From assembly GCA_051294905.1 (NCBI GenBank), contig CM119372.1:22570001-22634000 (forward strand): a stretch of 64,000 bases of DNA. Direction: 5' to 3'. The translations under genes were made by a program, and so were the position numbers. The notes beneath the pieces are model-generated. The model was not told the origin of the DNA and made no database searches. It saw only the letters and a program-made list of their open reading frames with translations. The DNA comes from Botryllus schlosseri (Eukaryota). Shown here piece after piece: positions 10,050 to 22,739 of this stretch (the first letter of the stretch is position 1; each line of letters opens with the position of its first letter).

Positions 10050-13019
10050 CACCAATCATTGTACAGGTTTGTAGCATGAGCGAATATTTTCGTGTAACAT
10101 GAATATCTTTCGTATACACTTAGTATGAAATGAGATGTGTGGAACAATAATTAGTGTCGTACAAAGTGATGTGTTTGATTGCTTACTTTTTATCAATGTC
10201 TTTGTGGTGTTAAAAGACGACTGAGTTTTCATTTACATTAAGCGGAGAAACTCATGTAATAAATTTTACTCATTTGAAAATCGACTCGCGTGAAAATACC
10301 GATTAACAGTATCAATATGAGCAGTATGTTATTTTTCGCGATATGCAACCAATCTTCTAAGCATAACTTGTCAAAATTTATCGTGTCATAGAAAAGTCGG
10401 CTGTTACGAATTCGAAACAAATGTACTTCGGTTATCACGACAAAGGGAATTGAGATCAACGCAGTATTTCGGAAGTGAATGTGTATCGTTTGGTATGTTC
10501 AGCAATCACTAAATGATAAAAATATGAAACTGTGCATACAACTCGGTTAGGTAAACGATACAGTTACAAGTCGGATGTGATCTCGATTTACAGATGACAG
10601 CTTGATGATGTAAAGCTCAACCACTCCAGTGTGTGTGTTTATTGCAGAGTATTTGACACAAACAAAATATTGAACGAAGGCCCACCACTTGGTTTCATTA
10701 CAAGGTGAGTGAAAATTGTTTTCTGTTGGTCAGGTATCATTTGCATTTAGAAAAACGCTCTACGCCGATTAAGCGACGCTGTTCAATATCATAATGCGAT
10801 GACTGAGTGAAATTTCCTTATGGTTTGATTTAGCGAGTTAATTACCGGCGATTCAATCACATACAAGTAAGATCTTTTACGGGCTGAGTATTGTGACAAC
10901 ATATACTTTGACGAATGACAATGGGGAGAAATTTCCGATTTCTTTGGTCGTGAGCGTTCTACAAATATTTCCGGCATACATTTAGCAAGCGACCTACAAT
11001 ATTCTTTTGTTATGGTAATGACTTTCGCAAGTTTGGTTTTATGATTACAATTACTTATTCAAATGATAATTTATGATCACTACTTTGAGCAATACAAACA
11101 CATTTTGTAAATTTCAGTTAATGCTATGAGTTTTGTGTATTACTCAAGTCTAGTAGAATAGGATGCGTCCAGTAAAGATATTCCAAATTGCTTCTGTGCT
11201 GATCAAAGTCTTGAAGTGTAAATCCGTAGACTTCACAACGTCTTAGAGAGTGCGAATGGAATTATGTATTGATCACACGCTTCAAACGGTACTCGATACC
11301 CAAAGTGATATTTTCACACTCTGTAAGTTGTGTATGTTTCAATGCGCTGTCACAAATCCCGACAATAAATCGTATCAATTGCTGGATTCAATAGTAACGA
11401 CGTGCCATTGTGATATACTGACTCTACACTTAGTCGTTTCAATTACCCGTTGCGAATTTGACCAATAAAGCATTTTGCATCGGGTGTTCAATGTTTGAAT
11501 AACGAAATTGTTGTGTCATCTTTAGTCTTGGTTACTGGAAACAACTACATTTGTAAAAATATTTTCTGATATCCGTAATACCCAGAGTGATTTTTACCAA
11601 CACGGAATATCTTTCAAATCAAGAACATTTCAGACAAGTATAGTTTTACAAATCAATATGTTAATAACCACGGTAGTGAAAAGTTTGTTGTTGTCATAAC
11701 CTTTAACACAACGCCGGGTCTAATTAACGCGAATAATTTAATAATCAAGTCATGATCAACTATTACATATGTCAAATCAATGTGTCAATAAGGATGTTTA
11801 CAACATGATAACTTTCAACGTAGCACCGGCGCTTGATCGTATAAGAAATGAATTCTTAACTACATTGCTCGACCTTTCAAATCTCGTATACTCAAACATA
11901 TTATGTTAAGCTCAAGTCCCCTGTACCGAAGAGTAATTACTTTTGTCTTACAAATATACCGAGTAATAATTAGTTTGTCTTGCAGAATATACCGCGTAGT
12001 AATTCCTCTATCTTACAGAATAGTAACGACTTTTCAAGTTGAATAAAAAAGATGCGTTGGGATATGAACACAACCGATCTTGTTATGGATTTTAGGTTTT
12101 AGTGATTGTATGGACTCGTGTATGCTTGGCTGACTGCTTGAGTTGGTCGGGTAAGTTACAAACGGATTTACTTGCCAATGTTTTCCTGATTGACTGAGTA
12201 TGGCAGAATGTTAAAATGTCGAGACCTAATACTTTATCCGTACACCCAATTATAACAAAACATAACCCGCATTCAAATAATACGTAAGCTACAACTGGAT
12301 TTAAAACTCGATGCTATTTTGTGGTAACTCTAGTCGGTGGTCATGTTTGTGTAGATTTCAGGAATGATCATGACGAGTTGGCCGGGTAAATTAGTGGTAG
12401 TAACTATGACCGTACAGAGTTGCTGACATTCCAACATCTTTTACGCTGTAATATACGGATTCACTCGTGATCATTTAATTCTCAGTTATTGTTCAGACAT
12501 TCAAATCTCGTATACTCAAAATGTAATAGGTTATGTCAAGTCGTATATGTACCGATTAGTAAATACTTTGTCTTGCGGTGTAGTAACGGCCTTTACAGTT
12601 GAATAAAAATTATCGGTCATATGAATACAACCAGGATGAATTAATTCAAGTTTGCGAGTTGTAGTGGTATAATCAAGTAAGTGAAAACTATATTTTTAAC
12701 ACCGGTTGATATTATGAATAATTCTTTTGAGTATGGTAAGATGTTAAAATGTCTCTTTGACAAACGGAAAGCCAGATCGTGAATAGAGTTGTAAGGTTTC
12801 ATTACTTGTTTCAAATCAATATGCGTATAATCTCTAAATATGACCGGGTTGAAATTTGGTAGTCTTGTTAGTCAATCCTATTTCAATTCACACTACGCCA
12901 AGTCAAAATATTTGGTTTCGGATTATCTCAATTTACCTATAGAACCCGAATGGATCCCGACGCCGTACTATAACTAGATCGCTATGTCTGATGCGTTATC
13001 GTGTCAGCGACGTAGGATT

Positions 13020-13620
13020 TTAAAATTATTTCACACCTTTTTGAATAAGAGTTCACTTCACAAAGGATTAGGGTTGGATCAGAAATAAGTGAGAATTTGT
13101 CGGTATTCGAATCACCGTCTGCGACGGTTCTGTTATTCGTTACATATTAAATCTTACCAGTGAAATCCAGTTCCGTGACATACTGATTATCAAAATATTA
13201 CATTGTGGCGATTGGAATGTATGTAACAACAAGTCGCGAGGGATGGCTATGTCTTAGGTGTTATCTCGTGAGCGATCGTGGGATTTGCAACCTATTTCAC
13301 ACCTTTTTGAAGTGTTAGTTTGTGAACGCGGCTATTGTTGATATCACCGTCTACGCCGGTTATGTGACAAACTTATTACCAAAATATTACATTGTCAACG
13401 ATCGGCATGTATGTAACAGCGAGTCGCGAGCGATGGTTATGTTTTAGGTATTATCTTGTGAGCGATCGCGGGATTTTACCAATATTTCACACCTTTTTGG
13501 AGTGTTAATTTGTGACCGTTGTTATTGTTGATATTCGAATCGCCGTCTACGCCGGCTCTGTGGTAAACTTATTACCAAGCGACTGATTCCTAGATTTAGC
13601 AAACTATTTCACACCTTTTT
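13020..13620 (+). repeat. Diverged direct repeats (~120-270-bp units) marked by TATTTCACACCTTTT
   Basis: Motif at ~13027, 13293, 13483 and 13605. ~13190-13370 is similar to ~13380-13570. Confidence 0.75.
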
Positions 13621-13869
13621 TACTGAAAGTACGACATGCCACCGCGGGCTATATCGAAAGTACGAATCATCGCCGCATCCATAAGAATAACGATATATCA
13701 TTGTCGCACTCACCGTAAACGCTGGGATTACTTCAAATTGGTCATATATAATAATTTGGGATATACACATTAACAAAGAGCCAATCACGTGACTATTTAC
13801 TTGATACATATTCAACACCGGTCGAGAGATGCCTATACCCGAAAGTACGATATGCCGACGCACCCATAA

Positions 13870-14180
13870 GAACACATGGCGAATCACCAGAGATCCCGTA
13901 AGAAACAATGGCACATCACCAGAGATCCCATAAGAACCAATGGCACATCACCAGAGATCCCGTGAAAAGACATGGCACATCATGAGCGATAGGTGGTCTG
14001 AAAGGGTACCATCACCAACACGAGTTTTCATGGCACATCACCGACGCAGCCTATACCTGAAAGGGCGAATCACGGCCGCACCCATAAGACCAAATGGCGA
14101 CTCACCAGCGGAAGGGGGGTCGAAAAGGGCGAATCACCAACACGAGTTTCGCGGCGAATCACCAGCGGGCCCATAAGAGC
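13870..14180 (+). repeat. Subterminal tandem repeats (~32-bp units, ATGGCACATCACCAGAGATCCC..AAGAA)
   Basis: Repeated 'atggc(g/a)(a/c)atcacc' cores next to the right terminus. Confidence 0.85.
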
Positions 14181-14214
14181 CCCACCCACCTCACGAGCGA
14201 TCATAACTACTACT

Positions 14215-14898
14215 CTCACTTTCCTATACCGGAGGAGAGAAAACCTAGTACCAACACTCCATTTGTAACTGTGATACGAAATTTAATTACTGAATGTTCA
14301 CCCGCTTTTCCGACATTCGTTCTCTACAAAATAAATTCTGACTATTCAGTACTCTGTTTAATGTGAACGCCATTAACATTGCCTGAAAATTTTAAATGTG
14401 CCTTTTTGAAATGCGATACAATGGAATTGAATGACAAATTTCATACAAAGAGCATATCGATGCATCACTTTGACAAAGAGTACGTTCTTGGAATCAGTCT
14501 TTATCCCAGTTTGACCAACAATGCAAAAGAAATTGCATCGATTTTTGGTAGCACGTACGCATGTGAACAATAGTTTTGAACAATGAAACTCACGAAGAGC
14601 AAGCTAAGATCACGTATTTCGGGGGCCGATTTAGAATAGGGTCTGATTCTCGCTTCATCTGACTTGTTACCGGAAGTTGAAAACCTTTCACAAAGCAAGC
14701 TGCGTCAATTGTCACATTTATTCTGCGTTGTTGAAGTGTAACTACAAGTGTTTGCTGATTGGTATGATTGACATTGCAGCAATGTAGGATAACATATCGA
14801 AGTGAGCGTAAGCCATAGTAGTAAGAAGAACTCCGGCCCGCCAAAATGTTGTTCACTCCAAGTTTGGCCCGCGACTAGCAAAAGGTTGCCTACCCCTG
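14215..14898 (+). mobile_element. 3' remnant of hAT transposon ending in TIR ...AAAGGTTGCCTACCCCTG
   Basis: Transposase remnant followed by a CAGGGGTAGGCAACC-type TIR on the minus strand. The 5' part is missing. Confidence 0.8.
14379..14720 (+). pseudogene. Degenerate hAT (Buster/Charlie/SPIN-type) transposase C-terminal dimerisation region
   Basis: Translation through stops gives LYPSLTNNAKEIASIFGSTYACEQ*F*TMKLTKSKLRSRISGADLE*GLILASSDLLPEVENLSQSKLRQLSH. This matches the FGSTYxCEQxFSxMKxxKSKxRSR..QxSH signature. Confidence 0.85.
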
Positions 14899-15823
14899 AC
14901 GTAAAACATCTGGCGGGCGAAGTAGGCCGCAATGTATTTGCTGTCGCGCAAACAATTGTTCAGGTTCATTACTGAATTTTGTCAATAATATTGGTAATTG
15001 CAATACCATTCATTTCTGATCCACGGTCAGATTTACCGGTTGATCTAGTTAGTTGAAAGTGGTGTTGTCGAAAATTTAGGGTACGTAATTCATAGTTATA
15101 ACGTCTTCTGACGGCCCGTTGTTATAATTACTTTATTGTGTATTGTTAATTCGGGACCTCCCGTCTGCTATATAGTCAAAAGACATTGGAGTCGACAAAC
15201 GTAATAGACTACAAGAAAACTAAGAGTAAACCTTTCGTGGGACGCACACAGAAATTGTCATTTCGACATAAGCGCACCATTTTCCTCAGCAGTGAATGCC
15301 CCAGTTGGCATTTGTATTGCGAGACTCTGATTGAGAGGACGGGAAGACAGGACTATCCGTTGTGACCATTCAGCGAGGCGATGGACAATATGGACACACA
15401 CACAAAGCTTTGGCCAAGGTCTTTTTTGCTGGCATACTTCGTTGAGTCGCATGTTGGCGGAAACTGCATATGTCATGGTGTGCCATGGCGCGGTAAAGGC
15501 CAGCACCGCAGCGCCTATTTCTATAAACTATGCAATGGGTATATTATAATACAAAAAGCATTCTCATTTGAAGAGAAAGTTTTTCTCTCAGAGGCCTTTT
15601 CATCTCAATCATTATATTGTCTTTCAATATGTCTTCAAAGATACGTTCTAAGACGCAAAATAAATGTAATCGTAAGTAATCGTGATTACTTTCCAATGTA
15701 ATCGTAATCGTAATCGACTACTTCCCGATTTTGCTGTAATCGTAATCGTAATCGTAATCGTGTGATTCAGAAGTAATCGTAATCGCAATCGATTGCATTC
15801 ATGAAGTTATCACCCCATGTCTG
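14899..15823 (-). mobile_element. Continuation and terminus of family-A element (ends ...GTAATCGTAATC...ATCACCCCATGTCTG)
   Basis: Reverse complement matches ~60256-61015 and ~62500-63010. Terminal sequence corresponds to CAGACATGGGGTGAT at 60256. Confidence 0.85.
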
Positions 15824-15955
15824 TTTAGGACACCATGCTTTTGCCCCTAATGGGTGGGCTGGACCCAGATTAAGAAACCTGCCTTTCACAAACGCTCTTC
15901 TCGCTTGTAACGCGGTCCTGTTAACACAACACCATGAACGAAATACACTATTTGG

Positions 15956-16043
15956 CAGGCCGCGTTATTTTTGGCATTTTCAAATTTTTATTTTTGGCAG
16001 TTTTGGCATATGGCTCCTGAAATGCCAAAAATAACACGGCCTG
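15956..16043. mobile_element. 88-bp MITE with ~24-bp TIR CAGGCCG(C/T)GTTATTTTTGGCATTT
   Basis: Inverted ends caggccgcgttatttttggcattt / aaatgccaaaaataacacggcctg. Confidence 0.7.
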
Positions 16044-17475
16044 ACTATGGTACACTCGTGCCAATGAACATGAAAGGTGAAGCCCTATGCTAAGTTATCT
16101 TAAATCAAGAGAATTGTGGGTTGTGAAAGTAAAATTTCCATTTTCTCTCTTGCATAAATTAGCATTTTTACTGAATTGCAAGTTAGAATAGGATTAGGAT
16201 TGGACATGGATTTGAATATACAAAAGTTTTGGATTTGGATTTGAAAATAGGATTGAGGTTTCGGATTTGGATTGGATTAGGACATTTCAAATCCGCTCAT
16301 CTCTGTCTGAGTCTGTCGTGGATCATAACGGGTTGTTGTTCCCTTCTATCAGGTTGTTAAGGCTGACAGCAGTAGTTTTGTAGTTGTGAATTATATACCT
16401 GTGATCGCACCTTGCACTGAACTACCAGTACCGAAAGTGCCTCTCAACAAAGGTATCGTTATGAGTATGACATGACAATCCCTGGGCCAATGGTTACTGT
16501 AACTATTATCATTTGAAAGTCTTCATATATATAAGGATTGATTGCTTGGTATGGTACCGCACCCGTTTCAGCTGCCAAGCAGGCAGCGTAGTTTGGGTTA
16601 TCTTATTATAACTGGCTACTCGAGCGCAAAATCTAACGAGACTTGTCTTATTGGAAAGTACTGTCACCATAGGCCTAACTCATTATTTTCACAAAGGATA
16701 CTGTACGTGTGCGGCGTACCCTGTTTGGAATCGGTGTCCTGTGCTCACACTATATTTATTTTTTAAATTATTTTTTATTAATTACTTTAACTTGAAAAAT
16801 CATCGCTGCTCCCCTGATATATCAGGCAAAAAGGCCAGCGATTCCAATCAGGCGGCGTACTGCAAAAATAATCACGCACACAGGTTGCAAAACTTAATTC
16901 AGCAGTCTTCTCATGATAGACATGATGGATCAGATGAAGTTAATAGACGGATTCTGCAGAGCAAAACGGAGATGCATATGGTCTTTTTTTAGGACTGCAT
17001 TCAAGTACAATTTTGAAAACGCATCTATTTTATTGCATTATGCCATCTCTACACGTCCGTTTTCAACTGATGTCTCAAAAGCTATGAACGGGTGATATGG
17101 TCAACACTACAGATCCAGTAGTAAGGATAATTGCCCCGTGGATCTTTTGGGGCTTTGAGGGTGAGGAAGATAACCGAAGTCGCTTATAAAAGTGTTTTTA
17201 TATACTAAACTATCATTTGAAATTGAGCGAACGAAGTTTCCTGACAATTTTTCAAATCTGAACAACCCTAGTACCCAACCCGTGTTATATATAAAAGTTT
17301 CAGCGTTACTATTGTTTCTAAATGGTTTGCATAAGCCAGTCTAGTGTTACTGTTTATACACCGTTCTGAAATTGACCCCTATTTACATACAAGATAGCAA
17401 AGATATGACTATACCAGCGGCCTGTGATTGTTTTTAGATATGTTACCCGTAACATCGGTTATCTTCACTGTAAAG

Positions 17476-18217
17476 CCGTGTTGGGATCAAGTAACTACCT
17501 TGAGTCACGAGTCATTTCACATTTTGACTCGAGTCAAGTCAAGTCACATTTTGACTCGAGTCAAGTCAAGTCACATTTCAAGTCAAGTTGCATTTTCGAA
17601 GTATGAGGCATATGATTACGTCATTGCAATTTGCTAGCTGTCTGAAATACAGATTGAGTGGTCATTGATTCCAAACCGATGAACGAATATAGAGTTGAAT
17701 ATACACGCAAGAAGACGCTGTATCGCTCACATATACGCAGAACTGTTAAACAACGTAATTGCATATCGCCTCAGTTTATAGTTACCAGCCAAAATAGAGA
17801 ATAGAGAAACGACTTGATAAATAGATATGATACAATTCCAGCCTGCGCCAATGGTTAAGAACTATATAAACTATATTTTATTTCAATAAAACAAGAGGTT
17901 TGATTAAGGTGAGATCAGAAATAGACACTTTGCTACATTATTACTTACTACTAGAGTTACAACAACGTAAGCTGTTAGCTTCTATCACTTCGTTTGCGGT
18001 GAATTGATTTGTGAGAGAACAATCAAGACTCAATGAAACATACGATCATTGAATGATTGGTCGCTCCCACGGGTTACACCAGACTTTCGCGAACAATCCG
18101 AATATATGCAAGATGCAGTGATTTTTATCGACACCAATTACTCGATGACCTGAAATTGACTCGTGAATTTTGCTCCGAGCCACGAGTCAATCACATTTCT
18201 GATACGCCGAGTCAAGT
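17476..18217. mobile_element. Truncated family-B MITE (GACTCGAGTCAAGTC subterminal repeats)
   Basis: Starts ccgtgttgggat. Body homologous to ~23756-24630. Right TIR missing. Confidence 0.8.
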
Positions 18218-18457
18218 CGTAACATCGGTTATCTACACTGTAAAGTCAGGAAATGCATCACATACAGACTGATTACATAATTGTTTATCATTGATGTAAT
18301 TAGCAGAATTTATCTGCTGACATCTATGACCACAAATCAGATAATCACTTGTATTTGCAGAGTGTGGTGAAATTGTGTTGCACGCCACGGCCTCTTGGCC
18401 ATTCATTAGGAATAAAGTTTGTCCAGACGTAGTGTTCGTGGGAATTCTATAAAGAAA

Positions 18458-19951
18458 ATGGCATCAATCACTGCGGAAAGCTTTGAAAATTCAGCAATTT
18501 TTGAAGAGAGTTTATCGAAATGGACAGGCCGCATGGAATCCTTGAATGAATTTGCTCCTTTGGATCTTCACACAGCTGCATCGATTGGCGAAGCTGAAAT
18601 GGTTCAGGATATATTGGATGACTCTGTGCAAGTAAATAGACCAAACCGCGGTGGCTGGTCTCCACTAATGTATGCATCGTATATGGGCCACAACGAAGTT
18701 ATTCGGTTATTATTGAGCATTGGGGCTGATCCAAATCAAAGAACAAAGCAAGGCTCAACCTCATTAATACTTGCCGCTATGTGTGGGTACGATTCAGTCA
18801 TGAATTACCTAATAGAGAACGGTGCCGACTTGGAAGCAAAAGATAATAAGGGCTGGACTGCTTTATTTCACGCTGTCAGCTCCGGGCATCAACAGACCAC
18901 AAATTTTCTTATTAAAGCGGGCGCGAAATTGAATATCGTCGAACCGACGCAGTTTCTGACTCCGTTAATGGAAGCCGCGGCTTGTGGCCATGAAGGTATA
19001 GTTCAAGACCTTTTGAAACAGGGCGTGGACATATCTCGTAGGGATAAAAACGGTAATGATGCCGCAAAATTAGCAGACTTTTATGGGAATAGTGAAATCG
19101 AGCAAATGATCATCGAAGAGTATCGGTACGGTCGAATGGCCAACGATAAAAGGCACAGCAGAGACAAGCGTGTCGCCACTGTCCAGCCTGTCAATCAAGT
19201 ACAAAATTACGATTCGTCGGGACCTAGCATTCATGCTGGCCCGCGTGGATTAGCCGAGATGACCGGTTTGGGCGCCGATGGAAAACCGAGACCGTCTTCA
19301 AGTACAGTATCCCCTTTACTATTGGAACGTGCCGAGACTAACGTAGAGCCAAGATGGAACCCGCCTGATGACCTCCCACAGGTTTTAGAGGAGATCGGCT
19401 GCTCCAAGTACTTGCCATTGTTCAAAGATCAGGACGTGGACTTGAGAATATTCCTGACTCTGACCGAAGCCGACCTGAAAGAGATTGGTGTCAAACTCTT
19501 TGGGCCGAGGCGGAAAATGATCGCATCCATCGGTCGTATGAACGAACGTGTTCGGGCGAACATGGGAAGCCGCGACGAGCTAGGTTACAACGACTCATTG
19601 TTTTTGAAACTGAAAGACATGGAAATGAAACTGCACGAAGCAGAAGAGAAAAGTGCGAGCTTATCTACTCAACTAGCGCAAGAGAGGCAGCTGCGGTCGG
19701 TCGCCGAGGGCGTTTTGATCGAGCAGAAAGACTTCAAAACGGCGCTGCAAGCCTGCGTCAACAAACTGCTGAAGGAGCACCGGTACCTGGAGATGAGCAT
19801 CGACAAGCTGAAACTGGTTTCGAAGCCCGCGCAAAGCAAGGGACTGCAGTATGAAACTGATTGTCGGTCTGCCTTCCAGCGGTCATACGACTGCCTAATG
19901 GAGTTTCAGCAGATATTGCGAAATTTCGGCTCGCCGCGTCAGAGGAGATGA
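18458..19951 (+). CDS. ANKS3: Ankyrin repeat and SAM domain-containing protein 3, intronless CDS (497 aa from first ATG)
   Basis: PLDLHTAASIG..GGWSPLMYASYMGH..GWTALFHA..TPLMEAAACGHE ankyrin repeats. SAM domain LEEIGCSKYLPLFKDQDVDLRIFLTLTEADLKEIGVKLFGPRRKM. C-terminal coiled coil. All as in vertebrate ANKS3. Possible splice or trans-splice acceptor ttgtatttgcag at 18349-18360. Confidence 0.93.
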   Translation: MASITAESFENSAIFEESLSKWTGRMESLNEFAPLDLHTAASIGEAEMVQDILDDSVQVNRPNRGGWSPLMYASYMGHNEVIRLLLSIGADPNQRTKQGSTSLILAAMCGYDSVMNYLIENGADLEAKDNKGWTALFHAVSSGHQQTTNFLIKAGAKLNIVEPTQFLTPLMEAAACGHEGIVQDLLKQGVDISRRDKNGNDAAKLADFYGNSEIEQMIIEEYRYGRMANDKRHSRDKRVATVQPVNQVQNYDSSGPSIHAGPRGLAEMTGLGADGKPRPSSSTVSPLLLERAETNVEPRWNPPDDLPQVLEEIGCSKYLPLFKDQDVDLRIFLTLTEADLKEIGVKLFGPRRKMIASIGRMNERVRANMGSRDELGYNDSLFLKLKDMEMKLHEAEEKSASLSTQLAQERQLRSVAEGVLIEQKDFKTALQACVNKLLKEHRYLEMSIDKLKLVSKPAQSKGLQYETDCRSAFQRSYDCLMEFQQILRNFGSPRQRR

Positions 19952-21590
19952 GAGTCGCGGTCATCCCGAGGTTCAGTGACAAAGTACCGTTGCTTCTACT
20001 TATTCGGAGCACTCATGTGGTTTTACCTACATGCTCAAGATTCTAGATTACTTAGCAGCTTTCATTATTTCCGCAAAACTACGCTTATAATGCTTTCTGT
20101 CTCACTCAAAACTTGGAAATCACTATGTCTACTGGTACTGGAGTGGAAATTTATGTTGTTGCCAGTGGTCGGATTCACAATTTTCGACCGGTTTGAGCTG
20201 TAAAATTCGCATCACTCACAAAGGTATCATCATGACAATTCCATGGCTACGGTAACTAATGAGGATCCATATGGTTCATTATCATTTGGAACTATTCATT
20301 GCTTGGGATCGAACCGTACGCACACAGGAGTTTACATGGAAAGGTTTGAATCAGCATACAGCAACACAAACTCCAGTGCACAAGGACAGCACACGCTCAA
20401 AAGAATCCCTGCATGTGACTTACATGAATAACGCTAATGGAAATTTTACCTGCCAAGTAGGCAGTGTAGTGGCGGTTATCTTATAACTGGATACCCGTGC
20501 ACAAAATCCAATCAGACTGGTCTTAGTAGAAGACACTGTCACCATAGGCCTACCGTACCTCTTTATTTTCACAAATGATACTGTACAAATGAAATCGCAC
20601 GTACAGTTTGCTAAATCCAGATGCCTTTTCCTGGCCGGTTTGATACCAGGACGTACCAAACGGCAAGTAAAGGCCATGTTTCACCATGTAGTCTGGATTG
20701 TTCGGTGAGTGATTTACCAGTTATGCTAACCGGTTTACTTTTCTCATAAAATTTCCCGAGACGGTTCTGTAGGACTGGTGCAAAACAGCTGAATCAGGCC
20801 GCTGGACGTCACAATCTCCTTATTTGGGTGTAAATTATAATAACTTTGACCGCCTCCGGCCAGCGGCACATCATGCGATCTTCTATTTTCTCTGCCCTAT
20901 CGATGCACGATACCTACTTCCTATTTTCTACTAATGTCCCTTTGTCTTTACCTTTGAATTTGCACTTGCTGCTCGTGTATTATTGCAAACTTGACCTCGT
21001 GACGCTTCCGATTTCATATATGATGCGACCGCTGCGGATATTAGGCAAGGCCCCGCGAAGTTCGTTTATGGCGTGTGACGGTATTTTCGATTCCACTGAT
21101 TATTTAATCTCTGTGCGTCTGTGCTATTTCTATTTTGGAATAAAATAGTCCAAAGAACATACGTTTTAGGTGGTTCGTCGCCTTTGACGCAATTGGGTCA
21201 CAGATCTCGGATTAGTTCTGTCAGAACCTGTTCCGTTCGCATATTATGAAGGCTACTTGACTAGCGCTATTGCAATCTTCATAGTTTTGCTCATGTTCAA
21301 TGACGAGCGGGCATCGGGCAATAGCTCATGGAACTGGTCTACTATGGCAAAGTCGCATTCAGATTCGGCAGTATCGGAAAATGTGTTTAGAGTCTTTTAC
21401 TCGCCCCCACACTTACAGTTGAGACTTCTGAGCAAGCTTGTTCAAATGTTCAAGTATAAGAATTGGGTATGATTAAGAACATGTTTAGTGACAGACTTTC
21501 CATTGGAGATAATTTACGCATTCCCAAACACTTTCAATAATAGACTTACTCACAGAGTAGCGCCAAGCTTATCTATCACAGTGAAATGAT

Positions 21591-22011
21591 TAGGGTTGCA
21601 TTTAAGACAAAAATCAATTTAAAACAAACATGTGTAAAACAAGGCCCTTATTTAAAACTTGTTATTTTTTGTTCTTTTTAAGCGATGAGCTCACGAATAT
21701 CCGATTGTGACGTCATAGTAGATTGACAATTGAAAATATAGCGGAAATAAGCTTCTTTCACGAAATATCTGCAGTTCTGCACTATCGCTGTTGAACAGAC
21801 TATTTTGATGGTTCCAACCATCCCATATAGGTCGGCTATACCGGGTGGTAATTGTCGGTAGGCACATACTACTTGTTTTTGGAAAGTATTTGCACATTTA
21901 TGGCATAATTTTACAACAACAAAAAACACGATTTTTTTTTAAAAGGCCTTTGTTTAAAACATGTTTTCAACAAAGTGTTTCAGAACACCGTTTGTTTTAA
22001 ACACAACCCTA
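21591..22011. mobile_element. Family-C MITE (TIR TAGGGTTG(C/T).TTTAA)
   Basis: Ends tagggttgcattt / aaacacaacccta. TSD gaaatgat/gaaataat (7/8). Related pieces at ~24888-25190, ~55940-56141 and 62281-62486. Confidence 0.8.
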
Positions 22012-22739
22012 GAAATAATGTTTGAAATTGCAAATACATATAGTCTGTGACGATTTGTTTTTCAATTGCGCTCACTTATACAACATTATTTCTCAAGGGT
22101 AGGCTACATGCAGATAATTCGTAAGGGGTGCCGGGAAAAGGTTTGTGAACCCCTGGTCGTTGTTCCTGAACGGGGCATGCGTCACTACTGAGGATGACGA
22201 TATCTTTCAATTTACTCCCATGAACCGGGAAAGAGTTTGTTTTGCAATGAAATCTGATATAGTACGGCACCGCCCATAACGGGATTTATTTAGTTCGATA
22301 TCAAAGTTAAGCTATAGTTGTTTCGTTATTGAATGTGTTTGCCTCCTTCGGAAAACCTAGATATGTCCTGCTATAAACACTGCAAGATTGGCGAAAAGAT
22401 ACTGTAATCACACCGAAAGGGCCGACACTGTCCAATTGTCCATTCTCGGTGGCGTCCGTTCTCGGTCCATTCTAGGCGGTGTCTATTCTTGGTAATGTCC
22501 ATTTTCGGTATTGACCGGATGCCGCCGAAACGACCAGTTGCGGTCTCTTGATCTGGCATCCACCTCGATATACCATAATGTTCGATATGCTGTCATTCGT
22601 TGTTCGGTACCGCGTATAGTCTGTACAAGTGTACAATTGTACAATGTACATTCTTTATGGAGTCTTTCTCTGGACCATTCGACACCATAAGAAAGGGTGG
22701 CAGACTGTGGGAGGAGCACACATAACTCACGCTTCGGTA

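Larger units (their letters stand above)
368..14214. mobile_element. Giant non-autonomous fold-back element with Polinton/Maverick-like termini
   Basis: Left end AGTAGTTAGTATGATCGCTCGTGA (368-391). Right end reverse complement AGTAGTAGTTATGATCGCTCGTGA (14191-14214). Shared subterminal blocks 699-757 vs 13760-13818 and 777-841 vs 13822-13893. Inverted homology along both arms. Termini starting with AG/AGT repeats are characteristic of Polintons. No TSD found and no core Polinton ORFs seen. Confidence 0.65.

Noticed and set aside
368..14214. Helitron interpretation based on the RPA-like ORF
   Set aside because: No Rep/helicase ORF and no TC...CTRR ends were seen. Inverted AGTAGT termini fit Polintons better.
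362..14222. 6-bp TSD for the Polinton-like element
   Set aside because: Left flank cacgta does not match right flank ctcact or cacttt. The acgtaa match to 14899 is explained by family-A host sequence or chance.
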